The position numbers and the translations under genes are program-made. From an uncultured Actinomycetota bacterium (lineage in GTDB: Bacteria > Actinomycetota > Actinomycetes > Prado026), in NCBI GenBank assembly GCA_963819215.1, contig CAWFVK010000001.1, forward strand, positions 181,229-245,228: DNA of 64,000 nt. The letters run 5' to 3'. Position 1 is the first letter of the stretch; the number at the start of each line of letters is the position of its first letter. Positions 8,133-18,402 of the stretch are shown here, piece after piece. The notes under the pieces were generated by a model that saw only the letters and a program-made list of their open reading frames with translations, ran no database searches and was not told the DNA's origin.

Positions 8133-9729
8133 CGCGGTCTCGCGCTGCGTGTCTGCTGTTGCTGCTGCTGCTGCTGTGCGAACTCGGCCGGCCCTGGGTC
8201 GCGGCGCACGCCGTCGGTGCGCGGCGGCCATCGAGGACGTCGACACCGTCGGGGCCGGTGACCGCGGCTGGCCTCCGTCGTCCGCGGCGTCGTGCGCGAG
8301 CACCCAGGTGTCCTTGGAGCCGCCGCCCTGGCTGGAGTTCACGACCAGCGTGCCCTCGGGCAGCGCCACCCGGGTCAGGCCGCCCGGCAGCACCCAGACG
8401 TCGTCGCCGTCGTTCACCGCGAACGGCCGCAGGTCGACGTGCCGCGGCGCGATGCCGTCGCCGATGAAGGTCGGCGACGGTCGACAGCAGCACCGGCCGC
8501 TGCGCGATCCAGCCCCGCGGGTCGGCGGCGACCTGGCGCGCAGCTCGATCGATCGTGCTCCTCGTCGGCCTGCGGGCCGATGACGATGCCCTTGCCGCCG
8601 GAGCCGTCGACGGGCTTGAGCACCAACGAGTCCAGCCGCTCGAGGACCCACGCGAGGACGTCCGGGTCCTCGAGGCGGTGCGTCTCGACGTTGTCGCAGC
8701 AGCGGCTCCTCGCCGAGGTAGTAGTCGCATGAGCTCGGGCACGTAGGTGTAGACGAGCTTGTCGTCGGCGACGCCGTTGCCGACGGCGTTGGCGATGCGT
8801 GACGTTGCCGGCGCGTGCCGCGTTGAGGATCCCGGGGCAGCCGAGGACCGAGTCCGGCTCGGAAGTGCAGCGGGTCGAGGAACTCGTCGTCGATCCGGCG
8901 GTAGACGACGTGCACCGGCCGCTCGCCCTGCGTCGTGCGCATCCGGACCCGGTTGCCGGTGCAGACCAGGTCGCGACCCTCGACCAGCTCGACACCCATC
9001 AGGCGGGCGAGCAGGGCGTGCTCGAAGTAGGCGGCGTTGTAGACGCCCGGCGTCAGCACGACGACGACGGGGTCGCGGACGCTGGCCGGCGCGGACGCGC
9101 GCAGCGCTGCCAGCAGCCGCGCCGGGTACTCGTCGACGGGGTGGACCCGGTGCGCCGGCGAACAGCCCCGGGAAGAGCTGGGTCATCGCGCGCCGGTTCT
9201 CGATGACGTAGCTGACACCCGACGGCACCCGCAGGTTGTCCTCGAGCACCCGGAACGCGCCCTGCTCGTCGCGGACGATGTCGATGCCGGCGACGTGGCA
9301 CGCGCACGCCGTTCGGCGGCTCGATACCCAGCGCCGCGCGGTGGAAGTGCGAGGACGTCGTGATGACCTGGCGGGGCACGATGCCGTCGCTGAAGACCTC
9401 GCCCTCGCCGTAGACGTCGGCGAGGAAGGCCTCGAGCGCGCGCACCCGCTGCTGCGACGCCGGCGACGATGCCGTCCCACTCGTCGGCGTCGATCACCCG
9501 CGGGAGGAGGTCGAGCGGGAACGGGCGCTCCTCGCCGGCGATGGGCGAAGGTCACCCCGCGATCGGTGAACACCTGCGAGAGCTGCTCGGCCCGGAACCT
9601 GAGGTCGGCGGGGCCGAGGGTCTCCAACGCGGCCAGCACGGCGTCATAGGCACTCCGGGGAACCCCGGGGGCCTGGAACATCTCATCCCACGCAGCGCCG
9701 AGCGCGTACTCGCCGAACAGCGTCTGCAT
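8126..9729 (-). CDS. circularly permuted type-2 ATP-grasp protein (DUF404/DUF407), at least four frame segments
   Basis: The N-terminus reads [18 protein letters not shown]...[41 protein letters not shown]. Downstream fragments in other frames read [50 protein letters not shown] and [43 protein letters not shown]. Further fragments read [62 protein letters not shown] and [29 protein letters not shown]. The C-terminal tail ends in a Q8 run, and the stop overlaps the alpha-E start. Confidence 0.65.
8153..8176. repeat. (CTG)2-TTG-(CTG)5 trinucleotide microsatellite (CAG/CAA on the coding strand, poly-Q)
   Basis: Read directly: ctgctgttgctgctgctgctgctg. On the minus strand it encodes QQQQQQQQ at the cpATP-grasp C-terminus. 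Confidence 0.8.
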
Positions 9730-9818
9730 GGCCGGACTCTAGGAAATCCGTGTTTCCGGCATGTGTCGGTCCGGTAATCCGGCCGCCTGCCGGGACCTAG
9801 CCGAGCGGGTAGCCCGGG

Positions 9819-11058
9819 CTAGTGGATCGCGCTGCCGGCGATCCACTGCGACCACGGGATGTTCCAGCTCTGGACGCCATTGGTCGCCTTGACCGGCTGG
9901 CCGCCGGTGTTCTTGACCACGACGGGGTCGCCCGGCTTGCTCAGGGCGAAGAACCAGGCGGCGTCGCTGGTCGACAGGTGGATGCATCCGTGGGAGGTGT
10001 TCGCCTCGCCGAGCTGGTGGTCCCAGGGAGCGGCGTGGACGAAGGTGCCGGACTCGGTGAGACGGACGGCGTCGTGCACGAGGAGGTTGTAGGCGTCCGG
10101 CCCGAAGATGTTCACCGTCTGCGAGTTCATCTGGATCGCGGCGTCCTTCTCGCTCGTGATCATGATGCCGGTCCAGGTCTCGTACCCCTTCTTGCCGGTC
10201 GAGGTCGGCATGGTGCGCACGACCTTGCCGTCGACCGTCACGGTGAACATGTGCGTCGCGCCGTCGACGTAGGAGACCGTCGCGTGCCCGGTCGAGAAGG
10301 TCTGCGTGTAGTCACGACCGCCCCACAGGCCGGGACCGGCCGGGACGCCGTTGAGGTTGGCGGTGATGGTGATCTTGGTCTGCGCCGGCCAGTAGCTCTC
10401 GGGGCGGAACTGCACCTCCTTGTCGGAGATCCAGTACCAGCCGTTGGGGCCGATCTTGTTCGACGTCGTCACCTTGAGCGCGCGCTGGACAGCTGCCTTG
10501 TTGGTCACGGCCTGGTCGAAGATGACGCGCATCGGCTGCGCGACGCCGACGGTGGACTTGTCGGTCGGCGAGATCGTGAGGGTGAGGCGCTGGGACGCGG
10601 CCTGCGTGGAGTACGTGATGGTCTTCGTGGTGGTCTTGCCGGAGCGGTCCAGGACGCCGACCTTCACCGTGTAGTCGGTGCTGGGTGCCGAGGGACCGGA
10701 CGAGGTCCAGACGCTGCCCGCAGAGCTGTAGGAGCCGGTCAGCGTCAGCTGGCGCGCGCCGGTGGTCGCCGCCAAGGTGCCGGCGCTGAGGGACGCCGAC
10801 GACCTTGACGGAGTCGATGGTGCCGTCATGGACGGCGAGGTGGAGCACTCCGCCGGGCGCGACCTCGGTGCTGCCGGACGCCGGGAGCGAGGACAGGACG
10901 GGAGTCGGGGTCGGGGCTGCCGAGGTCGCTGCCGCAGGCTGTACGTTGACGCCCGGAGACACCGAGACGCCGTCGCTGTGCTGGCAGGCCGCCAGGGCCA
11001 GGGCAGCGACGACCAGGGTCGCTGCGGTCGTCAAGCGGTGCACCTGAGGCTCCTTCAC
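9819..11058 (-). CDS. L,D-transpeptidase lipoprotein (YkuD domain with Ig-like domains), one frame break near 10800
   Basis: The N-terminus has a signal peptide and lipobox (AALALAACQ). The C-terminal region contains the catalytic HGCIHLS motif with the FGPDAYNLLVHDAVRLTESGTFVHAAPW context. The start is a GTG preceded by GAAGGAG. Confidence 0.75.
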
Positions 11059-11356
11059 CCGTTCGGCTCAACCTTCAGTGTCATTGACGCATCGTGCGAA
11101 CGGAAGGTTGCCTGTAGGCCTGGGGCCAGCCGTTCGGAGACCGTTATCTCTTCGTGTCCAACTCCGCCGAGCCTCAGGTAGTGCCCGCAGAGGACTCTCT
11201 CAACGATTGTGCGTCATGATCGCCCGGGACGAAACACCCAAAGTGGACGAAGTGAACCCGATCGTATGGCCCGAACGGCCCCTTACTGATCGGTAACTGC
11301 GACCGACGCGCTGGTATGCCCGAGATTCGCGCATCGCGCGTGCAGGGCGCTGAGCC

Positions 11357-12030
11357 TCAGGTGAGCAGGCCGACGACGCCTTTGACGACCAGCGCCACAC
11401 CGACGACACCCAGCACGGCGAGCACCAGGGACTGCCCGTTCTTGAGCAGCCACGCGCGCCATCCCTCGTAGATGCCGGCCGCTTGGTCCCGTCGCACCAG
11501 CAGCACGATCAGCGGCGCGGCCACCCCGAGCGAGGCGACGACGACCCAGACGAAGCTCACCACCGCGGCGGTGGACTTGCTCACGCCGAGCTCGAGGATG
11601 TTCGTCACCGCGGCCACGACCAGCACGTAGTTCGGCAGGAACGCGCCGAACACCAACGCGAGGACGGGCGACATCGTGTCGATCCGGCCCATCCATCGGG
11701 GTTGCTGGGAACCGCTCGCTGCGTCGGGCGTGCCCTCCGGCGCCCCTCGACGCCAGCGGAGCAGGACCCAGCCGGCCAGGACGATCCCGGCTCCCAGCTC
11801 GATGGCGCTCAGCACGGGCGAGGTCGACGTCTGCTTCGGTTTCGCCGGGTACAGGATCAGGACCGCAGCCGCGATCACCAGCAGCGCGAGGAACCACCCG
11901 ATGACGTACGCGACCTCCTTGCGTATGCCGTTCTCGCTGGCGACCAGCAGCACCGCAGCGAGAACTGACCACGGCTGGACGGCGAGCGCGAGCGCCAGCA
12001 GCACGAGCGTCACCCACGAGGCGCCGGTCA
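11357..12030 (-). CDS. GAP-family (DUF2910) membrane protein
   Basis: The product is a polytopic membrane protein (WVTLVLLALALAV...LLVASENGIRKEVAYVIGWFLALLVIAAAVLIL...). The likely start is the GTG near 12030 rather than the ORF-track start at 12163. Confidence 0.5.
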
Positions 12031-12228
12031 CGACGACCTTTCCCGAACTGCTGCGGCGGCGGAGTCGATTGCTGAGCGCATCGTCGCAGAAGGGCAAGGC
12101 GCGTGTGCCCGGGTAGGGCACTTTCGCGTCTGGAGCAAGGTCACCCATTTGGTAAACGGACACCGAACAGCACGCGAACTCGCTAGGTTTGGATGTCTTG
12201 AGACACGGGCCGATGTCAGGAGTGGAAG

Positions 12229-13935
12229 TTGCCGTCCGTATCCAGCTTCGTGCCCGTTTCGATGCGGAAGTACCACCGGAACTGGCTGCCCACCGATGTC
12301 ATCGCCGGCGTGACCCTCGCCGCGGTCGCGATCCCCGAGACGATGGGTTACACGTCCATCTCGCAGACGCCGATCATCACCGGCCTCTACACCGATCATC
12401 TTCCCGACCCTCTTGTTCGCCCTGCTCGGCGCCTCCAACTGCTGGTGGTCGGGGCGGACTCGGCGACGGCGGCGATCATGGCTGCCGGGCTGGCCAGCCT
12501 GAGAGTCGCCGGGCTGACGCCGTGGTCGCCGGAGTGGGTGGCCTTCGCAGCCTGGTGGCCCTGGTCTGCGGCGGGCTGTTGATCTGCCAGACTGCTCAGG
12601 CTCGGCTTTCTCGGCGACTTCCTCAGCGCGTCGGTGCTGGTCGGCTTCCTGACCGGCGTCGGCATCCAGGTCCTGAGCGGTCAGCTCCCCGGCATGCTCG
12701 GGATCCCAAGGGCAGCGGCAACTGGTTTCAGCAGCAGTGGGCACCTGAAGCAACCTCGGCGACGACCCAGTGGGCGACGTTCGCCTACGGGCCTCGACGC
12801 ATCGATCATCATCGTCGGGATCAAGCGGTTCCTCCGAAGGTGCCGGGGGCGTCGTCGCGGTCGTCCTGTCGATCATCCTGTCGGCAGCCATCGACTGCGT
12901 CGCGCACGGCGTCGCCGTCGTCGGCTCGGTGCACGGCGGCTTCCCGCCGATCGGGCTGCCGAAGGGCCTCACCTGGGGCGACATCCCCAAGGTGCTCGGC
13001 AGTCGCGTTGTCCTGCTTCGTGCTGATCATCGCGCAGAGCGCGGCGACCTCCCGCAGCTTCGCGATGAAGCACGGCGAGCGGGCGACGTGAACCGCGACA
13101 TCATCGGGCTGGCAGCGGCGCGAACCTCGCCGCCGGGCTGACCGGCACCTTCGTCGTCAACGGCTGCCGACCAAGACCGCAGATCCTGGACGAGCAGAAG
13201 GGCCGGACCCAGCTCGCGAACATGACGATGGCCGCGGTCGATGCTGGTCGTCGTGCATGTTCGCGACCGGCGTGCTCACCGACATGCCAAAGGCCGTCCT
13301 CGCCGGGATCGTCTTCCTCATCGGCCTGGGCCTGGTGGACATGCTCGGCCTGAAGCGGATCTTCCGGACGGCGGCCCGAGCGAGTTCATCATCGCCGCGA
13401 TCACCGGTGTCGTGGTGTTCGCCGTGGGCGTCGAGCAGGGCATCGTGCTCGCGATCGTCCTGTCGATCCTCGAGATCATCCGCCGGCAGTACAAGCCGAA
13501 GGACTTCGTGGTCGGCGTGACCGAGGGCGGACCCGATGTACAAGAAGGCGCAGGCCGGGGCGCAGAGCGCGCCGGGGCTCATCGTGTTCCGGCTACGACG
13601 CCGACCTGTTCTACGCGAACTCGAGCCGGTTCGTCGACGACGTCGAGACGCTGATCGAGAACGCGCCGGACCCGGTGCGCTGGCTCGTCCTGGACGCCGG
13701 CTCGATGGACGACATCGACTACTCGGCCGGGATCTCGCTCGCCGGGCTGCTGGACTACCTTGACGCGAAGCACGTCACCTTCGCGCTCATGCGCGCGGAC
13801 GACAGCCTTCTGCACACGCTGGACCTGTACGGGCTGCGCAAGCGCATCCCCGACAGCCACCTGTTCGGCAACCTCACCGACGCCGTCGACGCCTTCGCGG
13901 CCGACACGTCAGACCCCAAGGCGGTACAGCCATGA
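12229..13935 (+). CDS. SulP-family sulfate/anion permease with C-terminal STAS domain (at least three frame breaks)
   Basis: Fragments in different frames read WLPTDVIAGVTLAAVAIPETMGYTSI..PIITGLYT, LVGFLTGVGIQVLSGQLPGMLGI and VLTDMPKAVLAGIVFLIGLGLVDM. The STAS tail reads VRWLVLDAGSMDDIDYSAGISLAGLLDYLDAKHVTFALMRAD. Confidence 0.7.
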
Positions 13936-15349
13936 GCCCCACCAAGATCGCAGCCGTCCCGCACCCCTCCAGGGCCGAGCGCGCCGAGACCGGGAAGCAG
14001 GCCCGGCTGGTCGCGCCGCTGGCCAGCCTCGCCGAGTTCGAGGCCTCGGACGGTCGGCGTGATCCGGTCGACCTGCTCGAGTCGCAGGCCGCCAGCAGGG
14101 TGCAGGACCTGGTCCCGATCCGGTACGGCCGCATGCTGACCTCGCCGTTCGCGTTCTACCGCGGCGCCGCGTTGCTGATGGCGAACGACCTCGCGACCAC
14201 GCCCAGCCCCGGGCTGCGGACCCAGCTCTGCGGTGACGCGCACATGAGCAACTTCGGCGTCTTCGGCTCGCCCGAGCGCCGGCTGGTCTTCGACGCGAAC
14301 GACTTCGACGAGACGAACCCCGGACCGTTCGAGTGGGACGTCAAGCGGCTGGCCGCGAGCCTGGAGATCGCCGGCCGCACCAACGGCTTCACCGCCAAGC
14401 AGCGCGACAAGATCGTGGTGGCCGCCGGCTTCGCCTACCGCAACGCGATGCGCACCTTCGCGACCCAGCCGAACCTCAAGGTCTGGTACGCGCACATCGA
14501 CATGGCCGAGGTCATGAAGGAGTACGGCGGCCTGCTCGACCCCAAGCGGTTGAAGGCCACCCAGGCCGGCCTGGACAAGGCGCGCACCCGCGACAGCATG
14601 CAGGCGTTCTCCAAGCTCACCAGGCTGGTGGACGGCAAGCCCAGGATCGTGAGCACCCCGCCGCTGATCGTCCCGATCGAGGAGCTCATCCACGCCGAGG
14701 CCGCGGACGATTTGCTGGTCGCTCTGACCCAGCTGCTCCGGCAGTACCGCCGAACTCTTCCCAGCGACCGTCGTCACCTGCTCGAGCAGTTCAAGCTCGT
14801 CCACGTCGCGCGGAAGGTCGTCGGGGTCGGCAGCGTCGGGAGCCGTGCGTGGATCCTGCTCATGCGAGGGCGTCGACGGCGAGGACCCGATGTTCCTGCA
14901 GGCCAAGGAGGCCCAGGCCTCGGTGCTGGAGGCGTTCACCGGCAAGAGCGCAGTTCAACAACATGGGTCAGCGAGTGGTCGCCGGCCAGACGCTGATGCA
15001 GGCCGCCAGCGACATCTTCCTCGGCTGGCAGCGGGTGACCGGGATCGACGGCGTCGACCGCGACTTCTACGTCCGGCAGCTGCGTGACTGGAAGGGCTCG
15101 GCGGTCGTCGAGCAGATGATCCCGAACGGCATGGAGCTGTACGCGCGACTCTGCGGCTGGACGCTGGCCCGGGCCCATGCCCGCGCCGGTGACCGCGTCG
15201 CGATCGGCTCGTACCTCGGCCGCAAGGACGGCTTCGAGCGCGCGATCGCCGAGTTCGCCGTCGCGTACGCCGACCAGAACGACCGCGACTACGCCCGGCT
15301 CAAGGCCGCGGAGGAGTCGGGTCGGGTCGTGGCGGTGCACGGCCTCTAG
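13932..15349 (+). CDS. DUF2252-domain protein (frame breaks near 14870 and 14960)
   Basis: The first frame reads DPVDLLESQAASRVQDLVPIRYGRMLTSPFAFYRGAALLMANDLA...CGDAHMSNFGVFGSPERRLVFDANDFDET. It continues in other frames with ...DPMFLQAKEAQASVLEAF and FYVRQLRDWKGSAVVEQM...YADQNDRDYARL. Confidence 0.6.
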
Positions 15350-15388
15350 CCCGGAGCCCCGGTCTGCGGTGGCGTCGTCGGATCCGCG

Positions 15389-16213
15389 TCAGTACTCGAC
15401 GAGCAGCCGCCGCAGCCGGGCCACCGTCGTCTCGTCCAGGCCGAGCCCGTCGCGGACGTAGCCGTCGAACGAGCCGAACACCGCCGTGGCCTCGGCCAGC
15501 GACGCCTCGAGGTACTCCTCGCGGACGCCCAGCACCGGCAGGAGGACCTCGGGGTCGCCACCCTTGGCCGCGAATCCCGCGAGCATGTCCTTGAACGTCG
15601 GCAGCAGGTACTCGTTCGTCAGCAGGTAGTCCGAGCGGACGTCGTCGGGCGAGACCCCGAGCAGGAGCAGCAGCACCGCTGCCGCCCAACCGGTGCGGTC
15701 CTTGCCGGTGGTGCAGTGGAACAACGCAGGCAGCACGGGGTGGTCGTCGTGGCGGTCGTCGGGTTCGCCCGCGATGTCCTTGAGCAGCCTGCTGTACCCG
15801 GCCAGCGCGCTCGGCAGCGTCACGAACTCGCGATAGCCGCGCGCGAAGATCTCCACCCCCTTGCCACCGCCGAGCGTCTCGGACGCCGCCACCGGATCGT
15901 TGCGCACCGCGACGAGCTGGGTCGGAGCCGCGCCCAGCGAGTCGGCCATGACGTCGATGACGACACCCCGCGCCGCCGGCGGCAGGACGTCGGGGTGGCT
16001 CAGCCGCTCGTGCTCGCCCCGCAGGTCGTACACGGTGTGGATGCCGAGCGCGCCGAACTCGGCCAGCGACGGACCCGCCAGCCTCGACAGCTCGACGGAC
16101 CGGTAGAGGAGGCCGTGCCGGACGACGCCTCCCTCGGCCGTCGGGTAGCCCCCGAGGTCACGCAGGTTGGGCACGGTGTCGATCGGGATCACCGCGCCGG
16201 GCAGCAGCGTCAC
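15389..16213 (-). CDS. PtpB-like protein-tyrosine/dual-specificity phosphatase (CX5R)
   Basis: The product contains LFHCTTGKDRTGW, matching the HCxxGKDRTG P-loop of the mycobacterial PtpB family. Its start overlaps the stop of the upstream RDD gene. Confidence 0.7.
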   Translation of the reverse strand: MTLLPGAVIPIDTVPNLRDLGGYPTAEGGVVRHGLLYRSVELSRLAGPSLAEFGALGIHTVYDLRGEHERLSHPDVLPPAARGVVIDVMADSLGAAPTQLVAVRNDPVAASETLGGGKGVEIFARGYREFVTLPSALAGYSRLLKDIAGEPDDRHDDHPVLPALFHCTTGKDRTGWAAAVLLLLLGVSPDDVRSDYLLTNEYLLPTFKDMLAGFAAKGGDPEVLLPVLGVREEYLEASLAEATAVFGSFDGYVRDGLGLDETTVARLRRLLVEY

Positions 16214-16752
16214 TCGACGTCCGTCAGCGGGTCACGGGACTCCTGGTCCATCGCGTGCCCGGGCAGGTGCCGCCAGGGCGACCCAGGCTCCCAGTCGTAG
16301 ATCACCGAGCTCCGCAGCACGACGTCCTGGATCGACCGGTTGGCCTTGCTCACCAGGCACCAGACCAGCCCGATCGGGAACGCGACGCAGAACAGCGCCC
16401 GCGCGAACGCGCCGAGCGGCCGCATGCGCTGGCCGCGGTAGCTCACGACGCGCAGACCGAGGACGTGGCAGCCGTAGGTCCGGCCGCTGATCATCCACCC
16501 CACGCTGAGGTACAGCACTGCCGCGCAGAAGGAGATCGTGAAGCTGAACAGCAGCGTGGCGTTCGGGAGGTTGAAGCCCCGCGGGTCCAGCAGGAACCGC
16601 ACCCCGGCGTAACCGGCCCAGGCGAGGATCAGGACCACCGCGACCACCACGGTGTCGATGACCGCGGCCACCAGCCGGGTGACCAGTCCGGCCCGCAGCC
16701 CCTGGAACGGGCGGGCCTCCTTCGGGATCGGGGAGACGGTGGCGTCGGTCAT
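16210..16752 (-). CDS. RDD-family membrane protein
   Basis: The 180-aa product has three predicted transmembrane segments and an RDD-like region (RPFQGLRAGLVTRLVAAVIDTVVV...LVWCLVSKANRSIQDVVLRS). It is translationally coupled on both sides. Confidence 0.65.
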   Translation of the reverse strand: MTDATVSPIPKEARPFQGLRAGLVTRLVAAVIDTVVVAVVLILAWAGYAGVRFLLDPRGFNLPNATLLFSFTISFCAAVLYLSVGWMISGRTYGCHVLGLRVVSYRGQRMRPLGAFARALFCVAFPIGLVWCLVSKANRSIQDVVLRSSVIYDWEPGSPWRHLPGHAMDQESRDPLTDVE

Positions 16753-16754
16753 GG

Positions 16755-17576
16755 TCAGTCCGTGGTCCCTGGCGCCTGGGTGCGCCGACGGCCCCGCCGC
16801 AGGAGCATGCGGTCCACGGCCCGCCCGACGGCCTCGTCCGCCGCGATGCCCTGCATGCGCACGCCACGGACCGTCTCGGACGCGATCGACCCGGTCGACT
16901 CCCTGATGATCTCGGGCAGGTCGATGGCGCCGATGACGTCCTGCGCGATCGTGACGAGGTCGACCCGGTCGATGATCGCGTCGACGTCGACCCGGCTGGC
17001 GACGGTGTCGATGTCCACCCGGGCGATGATCGCGTCGAGGTCCACCGAACCGACGAGGTAGTTGATGTCGACGCGCTCGTGCACCAGGGCCGTCAGGTCC
17101 AGCCGTTCGATGACGGCGTCGATGTCCAGGCGGGCAGCGACGGCGTCGACGTCCAGCCGCGCCGCCACCGCGTCGAGGTCGACGTCCGCGACGATGGAGT
17201 CGAGGTCGACGTACTGCTTCACGGTGCCGGTGAGGTCCACCCGGTTGAGGACCTCAGCGAGCACGACAGGAACCAGGACGTCGAGCAGCCGGTTGAGGTC
17301 GCTCACGGTGGTTTCTCGCTGTGCACCGCCGCGGCGGGCGAGGGCGGCCAGCCAGCTCGCCGGCTGGAGCTCCGGCGCGACGAGCGGCGGCCGCAGGACG
17401 ACCCGGACCACGGGCGCGCCGAACCGTCCGAGCTGGCGGCCCACGACGGTCGCACCGGAGATCGTCCCCCCGACGACCGCGGCCGACGCACCGACCACGA
17501 CGTCGAGCGCCATCGACGGGCCGCTCTGCCCCCCACCCGGCCTGGGCACCGGGATGAGCTCCGTCGAGGCGATCAC
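16755..17576 (-). CDS. repeat protein with about 9-aa (27-bp) tandem repeats D-[LIV]-D-A-[VI]-x-x-R-[LV]; first gene of the operon with RDD and PtpB
   Basis: The product reads ...VDLDAVAARLDVDAVAARLDIDAVIERLDLTALVHERVDINYLVGSVDLDAIIARVDIDTVASRVDVDAIIDRVDLVTIAQDVIGAIDLPEII. Its stop and the RDD start overlap. The N-terminal 100 aa are low-complexity and the true start is uncertain. Confidence 0.5.
   Translation of the reverse strand: MIASTELIPVPRPGGGQSGPSMALDVVVGASAAVVGGTISGATVVGRQLGRFGAPVVRVVLRPPLVAPELQPASWLAALARRGGAQRETTVSDLNRLLDVLVPVVLAEVLNRVDLTGTVKQYVDLDSIVADVDLDAVAARLDVDAVAARLDIDAVIERLDLTALVHERVDINYLVGSVDLDAIIARVDIDTVASRVDVDAIIDRVDLVTIAQDVIGAIDLPEIIRESTGSIASETVRGVRMQGIAADEAVGRAVDRMLLRRGRRRTQAPGTTD
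16905..17235. repeat. 27-bp periodic coding tandem repeats (gtcgac/gtcgat-rich) within the repeat-protein gene
   Basis: The recurring unit gtcgacgtcgacccgg/gtcgatgtccaggcgg is visible in the sequence. It corresponds to the about 9-aa protein repeats. Confidence 0.45.
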
Positions 17577-17650
17577 GTGGCGAGTCTAGGACGCTGACGC
17601 GCAGCCGAACCGGCTTCACGAGAACTGGAGCGGAAATTCAGTTAGTCGCC

Positions 17651-18322
17651 CTAGAGGATGTTCACGGCGCGGGCAACCACCAGCGTGGCCAGGGCCAGCG
17701 AGATCAGCGACTGCACGACGAAGAGGGCCTTCGCCCAGCGCTTGATCGCCGACACGTCCGTCGGTGAGAAGGCCGTGGCCGTGCTGAAGGACAGGGCGAG
17801 GTAGTCCATGAACTGCGGCGACCAGTCCGCCGGCACGAGCTCAGGCAGGTGCATCTCCGGGAAGACGAACGCGGGGTTGTGCATCATGCCGTTCCGCAGC
17901 CGGGCTGCCGAGCCACCGCCGTCGAGGTCCCAGTACCAGAGCGCGAACGCGATCACGTTGGTGAGCCAGATGATCGCCCCGGTGCCGAGCAGCTGCCCCG
18001 CGCTCTCGCTGGCTCCCTTGCCGAGGATCTCGGCGACCAGCCGCGCAGCCGCGCCCGCGTTGACGAGGGTGATCAGCGCGATCATCAGCGCGGTCGCCAC
18101 CCGGAGCCAGCGGCGCTGCCGGTCGATCCGCCCCGGATCGCCGACGATCAGCACGACCAGGAACGCCAGCAGGAAGGCCGGGTAGACCCAGCGCGGGGAG
18201 ATGCGGAAGTCGTGCGGGAGGAACTGGTGCATGACCAACGCCGCGAGCGCGGCCCCCACCATCGGCCACCGGCGCTCGCCCAAGGGCCGGCTCGGTCCCG
18301 AGTCGCCCTGCGCCGCAGTCAC
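17651..18322 (-). CDS. DUF1345-domain membrane protein
   Basis: The 223-aa product has four transmembrane segments and the YWDLDGGGSAARL...FVFPEMHLPELVPADWSPQFMDYLALSFSTATAFSPTD segment typical of DUF1345. Confidence 0.65.
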   Translation of the reverse strand: MTAAQGDSGPSRPLGERRWPMVGAALAALVMHQFLPHDFRISPRWVYPAFLLAFLVVLIVGDPGRIDRQRRWLRVATALMIALITLVNAGAAARLVAEILGKGASESAGQLLGTGAIIWLTNVIAFALWYWDLDGGGSAARLRNGMMHNPAFVFPEMHLPELVPADWSPQFMDYLALSFSTATAFSPTDVSAIKRWAKALFVVQSLISLALATLVVARAVNIL

Positions 18323-18402
18323 CTCGCATTATGCGCATGGCTAGGCTCCGGCCTGTCGGTTTTTCGACACAGAAGCCCGCAGACACATCCGAGAGGTGGC
18401 CG

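Noticed and set aside
6979-8467. Several long plus-strand ORFs (6979-7971, 7181-8467, 7803-8261, including a poly-Cys run)
   Set aside because: They are antisense to the alpha-E and cpATP-grasp genes. The poly-C stretch is just the CTG microsatellite read in another frame.
9808-9822. 12-bp perfect palindrome TAGCCCGGGCTA at the ldt stop codon
   Set aside because: It is too short and has no loop to form a terminator hairpin. It is probably a chance GC-rich palindrome (it contains a CCCGGG site).
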